Part shown: one piece after another, positions 1 to 10,064 of the stretch | How the letters are laid out: every line of letters starts with the position of its first letter | How positions within the stretch are numbered: the stretch's first letter is position 1 | Source: an uncultured Alphaproteobacteria bacterium | GTDB lineage: Bacteria; Pseudomonadota; Alphaproteobacteria; Rhodobacterales; Rhodobacteraceae | Length of the DNA: 64,000 nt | Reading direction: 5' to 3' | NCBI GenBank assembly: GCA_963710515.1 | Contig: CAVQAX010000026.1 | Span: 36,614 to 100,613 of the forward strand | Program-made: the position numbers and the translations under genes | The notes under the pieces: generated by a model | The model's database searches: none | Told to the model about the DNA's origin: nothing | What the model saw: the letters and a program-made list of their open reading frames with translations, nothing else

Positions 1-72
1 CGCCGTTCGTCTTCGCCGCACCGGGTTTGGCCCGGCCTGTCGGCATGTCATTCGGTATTCTCCGCGCGGGGC

Positions 73-789
73 TCATGCGGTATCGGTCCGCTGCTGATGA
101 ATCGACTCGAAGCGTGACCAAGTCCGCTTGATGTGGTCGTGCAGTCGGAGCGTATGTTCGCGCACCAGCCGCGCGGCGAGATCGGCGTCCCGTGCTTCGA
201 GGGCCTCTATGATTTCCGTATGGTCGGCGACGGAGCGGCTTGCCCGGTCGCCTTCGCCCATGGCGCGGCGCCGGATCGCCAACATATGAGTGAAAAGTCC
301 GTCGGCCATCGACTTGAGCAGCGGGCAACCCGACAACTCGAGAATGGTCTGGTGAAAGGTTATGTTCGCGTCGGAGTATTCCTCGAGCGTGGCGTGGCGT
401 GCGCTGTCACTGTGCTTGAGCGCGAAGTTGCGGAGCCGGCGCAGATCGGTGTCACTGGCATTCTCGGTCGCCATGCGCGCAGCCATCGTCTCGAGTGCCG
501 CCCAGGCGATCACCATATCGAGAATCTCGTCGCGTGACCGGCGCTGGACATACACACCCTTGCGTGGAACGATTTCGACCAGGCCTTCGGATGCGAGCCG
601 CGAAAGGGCCTCGCGGATCGGTGTTCGAGACACGGCGAGCTGGACCGCCAGCTTGCGTTCATCGAGCCGAAGATCCACGTCCGGGTGATAGATGTTCATC
701 TTGAGGATCGCCTCACGCAGAACCGCATAGGTGTGATCCTTCAAGGAGAAGTTCACGGAAATCGGCGTGAGATCGTCGGCGAGTTGCAC
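73..789 (-). CDS. GntR/FadR-family transcriptional regulator
   Basis: 238-aa ORF with a GTG start at 789. Winged-HTH segment DERKLAVQLAVSRTPIREALSRLASEGLVEIVPRKGVYV is followed by a helical FCD-type C-domain. Divergent from genes 1019..3705. Confidence 0.85.
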   Translation of the reverse strand: MQLADDLTPISVNFSLKDHTYAVLREAILKMNIYHPDVDLRLDERKLAVQLAVSRTPIREALSRLASEGLVEIVPRKGVYVQRRSRDEILDMVIAWAALETMAARMATENASDTDLRRLRNFALKHSDSARHATLEEYSDANITFHQTILELSGCPLLKSMADGLFTHMLAIRRRAMGEGDRASRSVADHTEIIEALEARDADLAARLVREHTLRLHDHIKRTWSRFESIHQQRTDTA

Positions 790-1018
790 CGTTTTTCATC
801 TCCCCTGCTTGAGCATCAGTGCCCCAGCGTCGCGTTCTTTGCCGCGTTTCGTGGTATACCATACACCGGATAATGATTCGGTCAAGCGGGTTCGCGGAAC
901 CTGCTTCGAAGTGGAAAGGGGTGTTTACCATGCTGCGTCGTGCACAATATGTCGCAGGGGCGTTCCAAGGCGAATCGCGCGCGCCGCTCTGGCGTTTTCA
1001 CTATCCGGAAGGGTGCAA

Positions 1019-1561
1019 ATGTTGATCCGTCCAGCCGAGTCGGTTCTCATCGTCATCGATGTGCAGGACCGTCTGCTCCCGGCGATGCAGGCGCCGGCGC
1101 GAACCATTCGCAACACGAAACTGCTTCTCGACTCCGCGCATGAATGCGGTGTCCCCGTTCTGCTGACCGAGCAGTACAGCAAGGGTCTGGGCCATACGGT
1201 GCCCGAGATCGCCGCCGCGGCGCGGGGGGCTCGGACGATCCAGAAGATGCACTTCTCCTGCATGGAAGAGCCTGCCTTCGCCGAGGCGTTCCGGGCTCTG
1301 GATCGCCGACAGGCCGTCCTGGTCGGCATGGAGGCGCATGTCTGCGTCGTCCAGACCGCGGCAAGCCTGCTCGAGCAGGACTACGAGGTGTTCGTGGTCA
1401 GCGATGCCACCGCCTCGCGGACGCTCGAGAGCGAGGCGGCGTGCCGTACCCGCATGACGGCCTCGGGGGCACATGTGGTCACCACCGAGATGGTGGTCTT
1501 CGAATGGCTGGGAAAGGCCGGAACGGACGCGTTCAGGCGCCTGTTGCCGGCCATCCGCTGA
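1019..1561 (+). CDS. isochorismatase-family hydrolase
   Basis: In-frame ATG at 1019 inside track ORF 767..1561. The N-terminus [23 protein letters not shown] and the later [15 protein letters not shown] (catalytic Cys context) are typical of the family. The upstream part of the track ORF is Arg/Cys-rich and not protein-like. Confidence 0.8.
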   Translation: MLIRPAESVLIVIDVQDRLLPAMQAPARTIRNTKLLLDSAHECGVPVLLTEQYSKGLGHTVPEIAAAARGARTIQKMHFSCMEEPAFAEAFRALDRRQAVLVGMEAHVCVVQTAASLLEQDYEVFVVSDATASRTLESEAACRTRMTASGAHVVTTEMVVFEWLGKAGTDAFRRLLPAIR

Positions 1562-1607
1562 CGCCGTAAACCACTGCGCAGCTTCAACAAGGGAAGAAGG
1601 GACGGGG

Positions 1608-2801
1608 ATGAATATTCACGAACACCAGGCGAAAGGCATCCTGAAGGAATTCGGGGCGCCGGTCGCTGCCGGCGTGGCGATCACGTCGCTCGACGAGGCC
1701 GAGGCGGCTGTCGCGGCACTTCCGGGCCCGGTCTGGGTCGTCAAGAGCCAGATCCATGCCGGCGGACGCGGCAAGGGCAAGTTCACCGAGCTCGGACCGG
1801 ACGCGAAAGGCGGCGTGCGGGTGTCCTTCTCGGCGGACGAGGCGCTCGCCAATGTCCGCGAAATGCTCGGCAAGACGCTGGTGACCAAGCAGACCGGCCC
1901 GGCCGGCAAGCAGGTCAACCGGATCTATGTCGAGGCCGGGGCCGACATCGCTCGCGAACTCTACCTGTCGATCCTTGTCGATCGCGAGACCGGCCAGACC
2001 TCTTTCGTCGCCTCCACGGAAGGCGGCATGGACATCGAGGCTGTCGCCGAAGAGACGCCGGAGAAGATCCACACGATCGGGATCAGCGCCTCTGCGGGCT
2101 GCACCGATGCCGATGCGGCGAAGATCGCCGATGCGTTCGAACTCGCGGGCAGCGCACGCGAACAGGGAATGGCGCTTTTCAAGGCGCTCTACCGGGCCTT
2201 CACCGAGAAGGACATGAGCCTGCTGGAGATCAATCCGCTGATCGTCACCAAGGCCGGCGACGTGCAGGTGCTCGATGCGAAGGTGTCGTTCGACGGCAAC
2301 GCGCTCTTCCGGCACCCGGACGTGATGGAACTGCGCGACGTCACCGAGGAGGACGACAAGGAGATCGAGGCGTCGAAATACGACCTCGCCTATATCGCGC
2401 TCGATGGCGAGATCGGCTGCATGGTGAACGGTGCCGGCCTCGCGATGGCGACGATGGACATCATCAAGCTCTACGGCGCCGAGCCGGCCAACTTCCTGGA
2501 CGTTGGCGGGGGCGCGACAACCGAGAAGGTGACGGCGGCCTTCAAGATCATCACATCGGATCCGAACGTGAAGGGCATCCTCGTGAACATCTTCGGCGGC
2601 ATCATGCGCTGCGACGTGATCGCCGAGGGCGTGGTGCAGGCGGTCAAGGATGTCGGGCTGTCGGTGCCGCTGGTGGTGCGCCTCGAGGGCACACGGGTCG
2701 CCGAGGGGAAGGACATCATCAACAAGAGCGGCCTCAACGTCATCGCCGCCGACGATCTCGACGATGCGGCGCAGAAGATCGTCAAGGCAGTGAAGGGGTA
2801 A
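1608..2801 (+). CDS. sucC: ADP-forming succinate--CoA ligase beta subunit (SucC family; malate thiokinase-type paralogue not excluded)
   Basis: ATG at 1608 follows a GAAGGGA Shine-Dalgarno-like run. [19 protein letters not shown] is an ATP-grasp N-terminus and the C-terminal CoA-ligase domain contains [12 protein letters not shown]. 397 aa, with the stop 4 nt before sucD. Confidence 0.9.
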   Translation: MNIHEHQAKGILKEFGAPVAAGVAITSLDEAEAAVAALPGPVWVVKSQIHAGGRGKGKFTELGPDAKGGVRVSFSADEALANVREMLGKTLVTKQTGPAGKQVNRIYVEAGADIARELYLSILVDRETGQTSFVASTEGGMDIEAVAEETPEKIHTIGISASAGCTDADAAKIADAFELAGSAREQGMALFKALYRAFTEKDMSLLEINPLIVTKAGDVQVLDAKVSFDGNALFRHPDVMELRDVTEEDDKEIEASKYDLAYIALDGEIGCMVNGAGLAMATMDIIKLYGAEPANFLDVGGGATTEKVTAAFKIITSDPNVKGILVNIFGGIMRCDVIAEGVVQAVKDVGLSVPLVVRLEGTRVAEGKDIINKSGLNVIAADDLDDAAQKIVKAVKG

Positions 2802-2805
2802 GGCC

Positions 2806-3705
2806 ATGTCCATTCTGATCGACAGGAACACGAAGATCATCGTGCAGGGTCTGACCGGCAAGACCGGTACCTTCCACACCGAACAGGCGCTGGCCTATCA
2901 CGGCACCCAGATGGTGGCCGGCACGCACCCGAAGAAGGGCGGCGAGAAATGGACCGGGTCCGGGGGCGAGAGCCTGCCGATCTACACCTCGGTCGCCGAG
3001 GCGAAGGATGCCACCGGGGCCACGGCCTCGGTGATCTACGTGCCACCGGCGGGCGCCGCTGCGGCGATCGAGGAGGCCATCGACGCGGGGATCGGGCTGA
3101 TCACCTGCATCACCGAGGGCGTGCCGGTGCAGGACATGGTGCGGGTGAAGGAAAAGCTTGCGGGCTCGTCCTCGCGGCTGATCGGGCCGAACTGCCCGGG
3201 CCTGCTGACCCCGGACGAATGCAAGATCGGCATCATGCCGGGCAGCATCTTCCGCAAGGGCTCGGTGGGCGTGCTGTCGCGCTCGGGAACGCTGACCTAC
3301 GAGGCGGTGTTCCAGACCACGCAGGCCGGCCTCGGCCAGACCACGGCCGTGGGCATCGGCGGCGATCCGGTGAAGGGGACCGAGTTCATCGACGTGCTCG
3401 AGCTGTTCCTGGCCGACCCCGAGACCCAGTCGATCATCATGATCGGCGAGATCGGCGGCTCGGCGGAAGAGGATGCGGCGCAGTTCCTGATCGACGAGGC
3501 GAAGAAGGGCCGCTCGAAGCCGACGGTGGGCTTCATCGCCGGCCGCACGGCCCCGCCGGGCCGGACGATGGGCCATGCGGGTGCGGTGATCTCGGGCGGC
3601 AAGGGTGGCGCCGAGGAGAAGATCGCGGCGATGGAAGCGGCCGGTATCCGGGTCTCGCCCTCGCCGGCGAAGCTCGGCGTGACGCTGGTCGATCTGCTGG
3701 GCTGA
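2806..3705 (+). CDS. sucD: succinate--CoA ligase alpha subunit
   Basis: 299 aa. [34 protein letters not shown] and the phosphohistidine loop [11 protein letters not shown] closely resemble the E. coli SucD layout as recalled. Confidence 0.92.
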   Translation: MSILIDRNTKIIVQGLTGKTGTFHTEQALAYHGTQMVAGTHPKKGGEKWTGSGGESLPIYTSVAEAKDATGATASVIYVPPAGAAAAIEEAIDAGIGLITCITEGVPVQDMVRVKEKLAGSSSRLIGPNCPGLLTPDECKIGIMPGSIFRKGSVGVLSRSGTLTYEAVFQTTQAGLGQTTAVGIGGDPVKGTEFIDVLELFLADPETQSIIMIGEIGGSAEEDAAQFLIDEAKKGRSKPTVGFIAGRTAPPGRTMGHAGAVISGGKGGAEEKIAAMEAAGIRVSPSPAKLGVTLVDLLG

Positions 3706-3712
3706 GAGATGC

Positions 3713-3740
3713 GGCGCGGCCCCGGTTTCGGGGCCGCGCC
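3713..3740 (+). terminator. GC-rich hairpin immediately after sucD (terminator-like, no U tract)
   Basis: 12-bp perfect stem GGCGCGGCCCCG / CGGGGCCGCGCC with loop GTTT, starting 8 nt after the sucD stop. No T-run follows it. Confidence 0.5.
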
Positions 3741-3789
3741 GAACCCGGAAAGAGCTGCCGGGGAGTGCGGCTCGGGGTCCTGGAAAGGC

Positions 3790-3809
3790 GTCCTAGCTAG
3801 GACATTTTT
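3790..3809 (+). repeat. perfect 14-nt palindrome GTCCTAGCTAGGAC followed by ATTTTT
   Basis: Read directly from the sequence. It sits in an AT-richer patch of the 620-nt sucD/4328 intergenic region. It could be a weak terminator or a protein-binding site. Confidence 0.4.
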
Positions 3810-4296
3810 CAAGGCGCTGATTTCAAAAGAAAACTTCGTTAACAATCTTTGAGCTGCAGCCGAGCTCCCAGGTTTGGTTCGGCGGGCTGGCTTGCAACAT
3901 TGCGATCCCGGGTTCTGCTTTTGTCCGGAGCGGTAAACCCTGTTTGACGGCGGGACGCCGCCAGTGACGGTCGTGCGGAAGACGTGCACTGATGGAGTCC
4001 CGGCGCAGTCGGTCGGGGCCGCGGTCGCTCAGATCAGGAGGTGCCGGATCGGGATGCCGATGGGTCGGCTTCGGGCTGGCTGGGGTGGCGGCGGTGCCGC
4101 ACGCGTTTTGCCCGGGGCCTTGGCTGACGCAGCTCTTCTGTGGCCAGTGGCTGGTTCCGGCTCTGTGACAACGCCGGCGACGTCAGTCGATCCTGTCGGA
4201 GTTGGGTGCCGGACGGTCCCGGCGTTCGGAGTGGGATACGGTGCGGCGCCGGGGTGCTTCGGGAAGCCGTGCGGATGGATCCCCCGCCGTGGTGGC

Positions 4297-4319
4297 GGGC
4301 GCGCGGTCGAGGCGCGCCC
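4297..4319 (-). terminator. GC hairpin just downstream of the 4328..5371 gene
   Basis: GGGCGCGC-N7-GCGCGCCC, an 8-bp stem, about 9 nt beyond the stop of the minus-strand gene. No U tract. Confidence 0.3.
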
Positions 4320-4327
4320 GGTCCGGG

Positions 4328-5371
4328 TCAGGCGTTGGCGCGGTTCGCGGCGAGGCGGGCGTCGACGGTTTCGACGACCTGGTCCACGGTGGCGTTGTGC
4401 AGGTCGAGGCGGTTGCCGATGAGCTGGACCATGCGGTCGACCCGCTCGATGGTTGTGGCGCCGGAACCGACGGCGCGGGCGGCGGAGGAGGGCTTCAGCA
4501 GGCCCTCGGCGGCCTTGGCATATTTCGCGAAGGGCACCTGGTCGGCGGGATCGGCGCCCAGTTTGCGCGACAGGGCATCGACCCAGTCGTAGGTGGCCTG
4601 CGAGGCGGAGATATCGCCGTGAACCGCCTCGCGGATCGGCTGTTCGCCACCCGGCAGGATGCAGCGGTAATTGCCGGTCAGCAGCATGCTCCACTTGGCC
4701 ATCGGCACGAAGAGGCTCTCGAAGACGCGCAGTTTCACCGGCACGTCCTTGCCGTCGAGGCGCACCGCGTCGATGTCCGCCTCGAGCTGGCGAAGCTTGG
4801 CATTGTGGGCCTCGTCGGCGAAGACGGCGGCCTTGAAGTTGGTGGGCAGGCCGACCTGAAGCACGTTGGCACCTTCCTCGGGCGGCCGGAAGGCCTGCGG
4901 GTCGGGGCTGCAGAGCGACATCAGGCCGGGCTCGAAGCCCTCCCAGACCGAAGGATCGTCGTAGCAGCCGTCAAGATCGGCGTCGGCAAGCTCGGGGATG
5001 CGGCGCAGATAGGGCAGGGGCGGCATGTTCATGATCGAGAGGCACGGCACCCGGCTCGCCGCGACGCGGGCCATCAGGGCCTTGACCGCGGGGGCGCTGT
5101 ATTGCGGCTCCTGCATGGCGAGGCCGACGAAGTCGTAATCCTCCGGGCGGGCCTCCTCGGGCGTGACCGCATCGACCTTGCCCGGAAGATCGCCGGACCG
5201 GATCTCGCGCGGCGTGTCCTCGTCGCGCAGCTTTATCCGCACCAGCGTGCCTTCGGAATTGATCAGGGCCGCGGTCTTGTCGCGGCAGACCAGCGTGGCG
5301 TCATGTCCCGCCATCATCAGCTTGGTCGACAGCAGCGATCCATAGGATGCGCCCAGGATAAGCATCTTCAT
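4328..5371 (-). CDS. NAD(P)-binding oxidoreductase, ketopantoate-reductase (ApbA/PanE)-like
   Basis: 347 aa. The Rossmann-like N-terminus is MKMLILGASYGSLLSTKLMMAGHDATLV. The family call rests on recall of overall layout only. It is co-directional with, and 98 nt downstream of, the formate dehydrogenase alpha gene. Confidence 0.4.
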   Translation of the reverse strand: MKMLILGASYGSLLSTKLMMAGHDATLVCRDKTAALINSEGTLVRIKLRDEDTPREIRSGDLPGKVDAVTPEEARPEDYDFVGLAMQEPQYSAPAVKALMARVAASRVPCLSIMNMPPLPYLRRIPELADADLDGCYDDPSVWEGFEPGLMSLCSPDPQAFRPPEEGANVLQVGLPTNFKAAVFADEAHNAKLRQLEADIDAVRLDGKDVPVKLRVFESLFVPMAKWSMLLTGNYRCILPGGEQPIREAVHGDISASQATYDWVDALSRKLGADPADQVPFAKYAKAAEGLLKPSSAARAVGSGATTIERVDRMVQLIGNRLDLHNATVDQVVETVDARLAANRANA

Positions 5372-5469
5372 CGGTTTGTCCCCACTCCGGAATATTCTTG
5401 CGCTCGCATGCAGCCATACAGGCTGGGCCCGCCATGCTCAACATGGCAGGCCCAAGACTTAGGTCGGTC

Positions 5470-8283
5470 CTATTCCGCGGCGGTGACCGCCGGGGCTGCG
5501 GCCGCAGTGACCCGGCAGGCGGAGAACTTGAACTCCGGGATCTTGCCGTAGGGGTCGAGCTGCGGATTGGTCAGCACGTTCGCCGCCGCCTCGACATAGG
5601 CGAAGGGCACGAAGACCATGTCCTCGGCGACCGCCCGGTCGGCGCGCGCCATGATCTCGATGGCGCCGCGCCGGGTCTCGATGCGGAGCATGCCGCCGGG
5701 TGCGACCCCGAGCTTGCGCAGCGTCGCGGGATGGAGCGAGGCGTTGGCCTCGGGTTCGGCCCAGTCGAGCACCGCGGCGCGCCGGGTCATCGAGCCGGTA
5801 TGCCAGTGCTCGAGCTGCCGGCCGGTCATCATGATGAACGGGAATTCGGCGTCCGGCACCTCGGCCGGCGGGGTAACCCGGGCCGGCGTGAACTTGGCGC
5901 GACCGGCGCGGCGCGGGAAGCCGTCGCCGAACACCACCGGCTGGCCGGGATCGGTCTGGCTGAGGCTCGGATAGGTCACGGCACTCTCGGTCTCGAGCCG
6001 TTCCCAGGTGATGTGATGCAGGCTGCGCATCGACATCTTCATCTCGGAGAACACCTCGCGCGGATGGTCGTAATCCCAGTCGAGCCCGAGCGCGTTGGCG
6101 ATGTCGACGGTGATCCGCCAGTCCTCGCGGGCCTCGCCCGGCGGCTCGACGGCCTTGCGGCCCATCTGCACCTGCCGGTTGGTGTTGGTCACCGTGCCGG
6201 TCTTCTCGGGCCAGGCGCTCGCCGGCAGGATCACGTCGGCGTAGTTCGCGGTCTCGGTCAGGAACACGTCCTGCACCACCAGATGTTCGAGCTTGGCCAG
6301 CGCCCGGCGGGCGTGTTCGACATCCGGGTCGGACATCGCCGGGTTCTCGCCCATGACGTACATGCCGCGGATCTCGCCGCGATAGATCGCGTCCATGATC
6401 TCGACCACCGTGAGGCCGGGCTTCGGGTCGATCTCGGTGCCCTGCCAGATGTGCTTGAAGAGATCGCGCGCCTCGCCGTCGGCGACGAGATGGTAGTCGG
6501 GCAGGGCCTGCGGGATGAGGCCGGCGTCGGAGGCGCCCTGAACGTTGTTCTGGCCGCGCAGCGGGTGGAGGCCGGTGCCCGGCCGCCCGATATGGCCGCA
6601 GAGCAGGGCGAGGGAGATCAGGCAGCGCGAATTGTCGGTGCCGTGGATGTGCTGGCTGACGCCCATGCCCCAGAAGATCATCGCCGTGCGCGCGCCCGCG
6701 AACTTGCGGGCCACGGTGCGCAGGGTTTCGGCGTCGATGCCGCAGAGCTCGGCCATCCGCTCCGGCGGGAAGGCGCGGATATGGTCGCGGAACTCGAAGA
6801 AGCCTTCGGTGAAGCCCTCGATGTACTGCCGGTCGTAGAGCTTCTCCTCGACGATGACGTTCATGATGGCGTTGAGCATCGCCACGTCGGTGCCGGGGCG
6901 GAACTGGAGCATGTGCGTGGCGTGGCGCTTGAGGCCCTGGCCGCGCGGGTCCATGACGATCAGCTCGCCGCCGCGCTTGGCGAACTGCTTGAAATAGGTG
7001 GCGGCGACGGGGTGGTTCTCGGTCGGGTTCGCGCCGATGACGATGGCGACTTCGGCGTTCTCGATCTCGTTGAAGGTCGCGGTGACCGCCGCCGAGCCGA
7101 CGTTTTCCATCAGCGCCGCCACCGAACTGGCATGGCAGAGCCGGGTGCAGTGGTCGACGTTGTTGTGCTTGAAGGCCTGGCGGATCAGCTTCTGGAAGAG
7201 GTAGGCCTCCTCGTTGGAGCATTTGGCCGAGCCGAAGCCCGCCACCGCGCGCCCGCCCCAGAAGCTGCGCAGGTCGAGCAGGCCATCGGCCGCGACCTTG
7301 ATCGCCTCGTCCCATTCCGCTTCGCGGAAGTGGGTCCAGGGATTGGCCGGATCGACGTTGAGGCCCTTCGAGGGCGCATCGTCGCGGCGGATCAGCGGCT
7401 TGGTGAGCCGGTGCGGGTGGTGGATGTAGTCGAAACCGAAGCGGCCCTTGACGCAGAGCCGGTTCTCGTTGGCCGGGCCTTCGAGGCCGTCGACGAACTT
7501 GATCTTCTCGTCCTTGATCTTGAAGGAGAGCTGGCAGCCCACGCCGCAGAACGGGCAGACCGAGGCGACCTCGCGGTCGATGTCCTCGCTGTCGCCGTGC
7601 TGGGCGTCGTCGAGCACGGTGGCTTCCATCAGCGCGCCGGTCGGGCAGGCCTGGACGCATTCGCCGCAGGCCACGCAGGTCGAGGCGCCCATCGGGTCGT
7701 TGAAATCGAACACGATCTCGGCGTCGAAACCGCGCTCCGCCATGCCGATCACGTCGTTGACCTGGACCTCGCGGCAGGCGCGGACGCAGAGGTTGCAGTG
7801 GATGCAGGCGTCGAGATTGACCCGCATCGCGACGTGGCTGGAGTCGAGGAGCGGGATGTGCTCGGGGGCGCGCCGGGGGAAGCGGCTCTCGGTGACGCCC
7901 TGCGCATCGGCCATGTCCCAGAAATGCGAGGACCGGTCATGGGCCTCCTCGCGAACGGGTTGGTCGGCGACGAGCATCTCCATGACCATCGCGCGGGCCT
8001 TGGTCGCGCGTTCGCTCTCGGACTTCACCACCATGCCTTCGGTCGGCTTGCGCACGCAGGAGGCGGCGAGCACGCGGTCGCCGTCGATCTCGACCATGCA
8101 GGCGCGGCAATTGCCGTCGGGGCGGTAGCCGGTCGCGTCCTTGTGGCAGAGATGCGGGATCGTGGTGCCTTCGCGCTTGGCGACCTGCCAGATGGTCTCG
8201 TCGGGGCTCGCGGTGACAGTCTTGCCGTCGAGGCTGAAGGTGACGGTCTTCGTGGCGATGTCGAAGGTTGCTGGCTTGTTCAT
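5470..8283 (-). CDS. fdsA: NAD-dependent formate dehydrogenase alpha subunit (Mo-bisPGD, NuoG-like N-terminus)
   Basis: 937 aa. The N-terminal 2Fe-2S motif is CHKDATGYRPDGNCRACMVEI. Ferredoxin-type motifs CIHCNLCVRACREVQ and CVACGECVQACPTGAL follow, then the CPFCGVGCQ cluster of molybdopterin oxidoreductases. Confidence 0.93.
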   Translation of the reverse strand: MNKPATFDIATKTVTFSLDGKTVTASPDETIWQVAKREGTTIPHLCHKDATGYRPDGNCRACMVEIDGDRVLAASCVRKPTEGMVVKSESERATKARAMVMEMLVADQPVREEAHDRSSHFWDMADAQGVTESRFPRRAPEHIPLLDSSHVAMRVNLDACIHCNLCVRACREVQVNDVIGMAERGFDAEIVFDFNDPMGASTCVACGECVQACPTGALMEATVLDDAQHGDSEDIDREVASVCPFCGVGCQLSFKIKDEKIKFVDGLEGPANENRLCVKGRFGFDYIHHPHRLTKPLIRRDDAPSKGLNVDPANPWTHFREAEWDEAIKVAADGLLDLRSFWGGRAVAGFGSAKCSNEEAYLFQKLIRQAFKHNNVDHCTRLCHASSVAALMENVGSAAVTATFNEIENAEVAIVIGANPTENHPVAATYFKQFAKRGGELIVMDPRGQGLKRHATHMLQFRPGTDVAMLNAIMNVIVEEKLYDRQYIEGFTEGFFEFRDHIRAFPPERMAELCGIDAETLRTVARKFAGARTAMIFWGMGVSQHIHGTDNSRCLISLALLCGHIGRPGTGLHPLRGQNNVQGASDAGLIPQALPDYHLVADGEARDLFKHIWQGTEIDPKPGLTVVEIMDAIYRGEIRGMYVMGENPAMSDPDVEHARRALAKLEHLVVQDVFLTETANYADVILPASAWPEKTGTVTNTNRQVQMGRKAVEPPGEAREDWRITVDIANALGLDWDYDHPREVFSEMKMSMRSLHHITWERLETESAVTYPSLSQTDPGQPVVFGDGFPRRAGRAKFTPARVTPPAEVPDAEFPFIMMTGRQLEHWHTGSMTRRAAVLDWAEPEANASLHPATLRKLGVAPGGMLRIETRRGAIEIMARADRAVAEDMVFVPFAYVEAAANVLTNPQLDPYGKIPEFKFSACRVTAAAAPAVTAAE

Positions 8284-8287
8284 CGTC

Positions 8288-9979
8288 TCACACCTCTTCC
8301 GGAAAATGCTTGATGACCATGCGGATCGGATTGGGCGCGGCCTGGCCGAGACCGCAGATCGAGGCGTCGACCATCACGCCGCAGAGGTCCTCGAGGAGGT
8401 CGGTGTCCCATCTGTCCGCCTCCATCAGCTTGACCGCCTTGGAACAGCCCACGCGACAGGGCGTGCATTGCCCGCAGCTCTCGTCCTCGAAGAACCGCAG
8501 CATGTTGAGCGCGGCACCCCGGGCACTGTCCTTGTCCGAGAGGATCACCACCGCCGCCGAGCCGATGAAGGTGCCGTGCGGCTGGAGCGTGTCGAAATCC
8601 ATCGGGATGTCGGACATCGAGGCGGGCAGGATGCCGGCCGACGGGCCGCCGGGCTGGTAGGCCTTGAAGGCGTGGCCGTCGAGCATGCCACCGGCGGCGT
8701 CGATGATGTCGAGAATGGTCGAGCCGGCGGGCAGAAGGTGGACGCCGGGGTTTTTCACCCGGCCCGAGACCGAATAGGAGCGCAGTCCCGTGCGGCCGTT
8801 CTTCTCGACCGAGCTGAGGATCTCCGGCCCCTCGCGGCAGATCCGCGCGACCCAGTGCAGCGTCTCGACGTTGTGCACCAGCGTCGGCCGGTCGAAGAGG
8901 CCGACCTGCGCCACGAAGGGCGGGCGGTGGCGGGGCAGGCCGCGCTTGCCCTCGATCGATTCGATCATCGCGCTCTCTTCGCCGCAGATATAGGCGCCGG
9001 CGCCGCGGCGGACCTCGATATAGCCGGGTGCTGCGAGACCGGCAGTCTCGAGGGCGGCGATCTCGTCGGCGAGGATCTTGAGCACGGCGGGGTATTCGTC
9101 GCGCATGTAGATGTAGCAGCGCGCAGCGTCGACGGCCCAGGCGGCGATCAGCATGCCTTCGAGGAAGAGATGCGGATTGCGCTCGAGGTGGAAGCGGTCC
9201 TTGAAGGTGCCGGGCTCGCCCTCGTCGCCGTTGACCGCGAGATAGCGCGGGCCGGCCTCGGAGCGGACGAAGGACCATTTCTTGCCCGACGGGAAGCCCG
9301 CGCCGCCGAGGCCGCGCAGGCCGGAGGCGAGCACCTTGTCCTGAACCTCGTCCGGGGTCGCGGACCCGCCGCGAAAGGCTTCCAGCTCGGTGTACCCGCC
9401 GGCCGCGCGATAGGCGTCAAAGTCCTCATAATCGGGCATGTCCGGGTGGAAATGCTCGGCGGCGATGGCCTTGGCCACCAGCTCCGGTGTCGCGAAGTCG
9501 ATGTGGTGGTGGCCGATCTCGAGCACGGGTGCGGTGTCGCAGCGGCCCATGCAGGGGGCGCGCAGCACGCGGACCTCCGACGGGTCATGGCCATCTTTCA
9601 GCGCGGCCAGAAGCGCCTGCGCCCCGGCAAGCTCGCAGGAGAGACTGTCGCAGACCCGGATGGTCAGGGCGGGCGGCGGGGTCTCGCCTTCCTTCACCAC
9701 GTCGAAATGCGCGTAGAAGGTCGCGACCTCGTAGACCTCCGCCTGGGAGAGGCGCATTTCCTCCGCCAGCGCGCGCAGATGCGCGGCGGAGAGATGGCCG
9801 TATTCGTCCTGGATCAGGTGGAGGAACTCGATCAGCAGGTCGGGTTGCCGGGGCCGGTCGCCGAGCAGCGCGCGGACCTCTGCGAGGGCCGCATCTTCGT
9901 ACTGGCGGCCCTTCGGGGTCTTCCTGCCCTTGCCCTTGCCGGACTTCCATACACCTTCGCGCGCGGTCTGAACGTTCAT
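8288..9979 (-). CDS. formate dehydrogenase diaphorase subunit, fused NuoE-like + NuoF-like (FdsG/FdsB equivalent)
   Basis: 563 aa. The NuoE-type cysteines are VCDSLSCELAG ... APCMGRCDTAP. The NuoF NADH/FMN motif is GLRGLGGAGFPSGKKW and the 4Fe-4S motif is ESCGQCTPCRVG. A GGGAGGA Shine-Dalgarno precedes the ATG at 9979, and the stop lies 4 nt before fdsA. Confidence 0.9.
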   Translation of the reverse strand: MNVQTAREGVWKSGKGKGRKTPKGRQYEDAALAEVRALLGDRPRQPDLLIEFLHLIQDEYGHLSAAHLRALAEEMRLSQAEVYEVATFYAHFDVVKEGETPPPALTIRVCDSLSCELAGAQALLAALKDGHDPSEVRVLRAPCMGRCDTAPVLEIGHHHIDFATPELVAKAIAAEHFHPDMPDYEDFDAYRAAGGYTELEAFRGGSATPDEVQDKVLASGLRGLGGAGFPSGKKWSFVRSEAGPRYLAVNGDEGEPGTFKDRFHLERNPHLFLEGMLIAAWAVDAARCYIYMRDEYPAVLKILADEIAALETAGLAAPGYIEVRRGAGAYICGEESAMIESIEGKRGLPRHRPPFVAQVGLFDRPTLVHNVETLHWVARICREGPEILSSVEKNGRTGLRSYSVSGRVKNPGVHLLPAGSTILDIIDAAGGMLDGHAFKAYQPGGPSAGILPASMSDIPMDFDTLQPHGTFIGSAAVVILSDKDSARGAALNMLRFFEDESCGQCTPCRVGCSKAVKLMEADRWDTDLLEDLCGVMVDASICGLGQAAPNPIRMVIKHFPEEV

Positions 9980-10027
9980 CGTGATCCTCCCAGATTACGG
10001 CGGAGTGTCGCAGGGTTGCGCAATCAT

Positions 10028-10047
10028 TTCCAATCTTGTTTTTGGAA
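10028..10047. promoter_or_regulatory. inverted repeat TTCCAA-N8-TTGGAA upstream of the formate dehydrogenase operon
   Basis: Perfect 6-nt arms in the 85-nt gap between the LysR stop (10065) and the FDH start (9979). Candidate operator, or a LysR-gene terminator stem. Confidence 0.3.
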
Positions 10048-10064
10048 GGGGCGATCTGTTCTGG

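Noticed and set aside
3964-4694. Three overlapping ORFs (152, 221 and 150 aa) in the sucD/4328 intergenic region
   Set aside because: Their translations are Arg/Gly/Pro-rich with no hydrophobic periodicity. They overlap the 3' end of the convergent 4328..5371 gene and are treated as non-coding.
5398-8313. 971-aa plus-strand ORF covering the whole formate dehydrogenase alpha gene
   Set aside because: It is antisense to a gene with unmistakable Fe-S and molybdopterin motifs. Its translation is Arg/Gly/Ala/His/Asp-rich low-information sequence, typical of stop-poor shadow frames in high-GC DNA.
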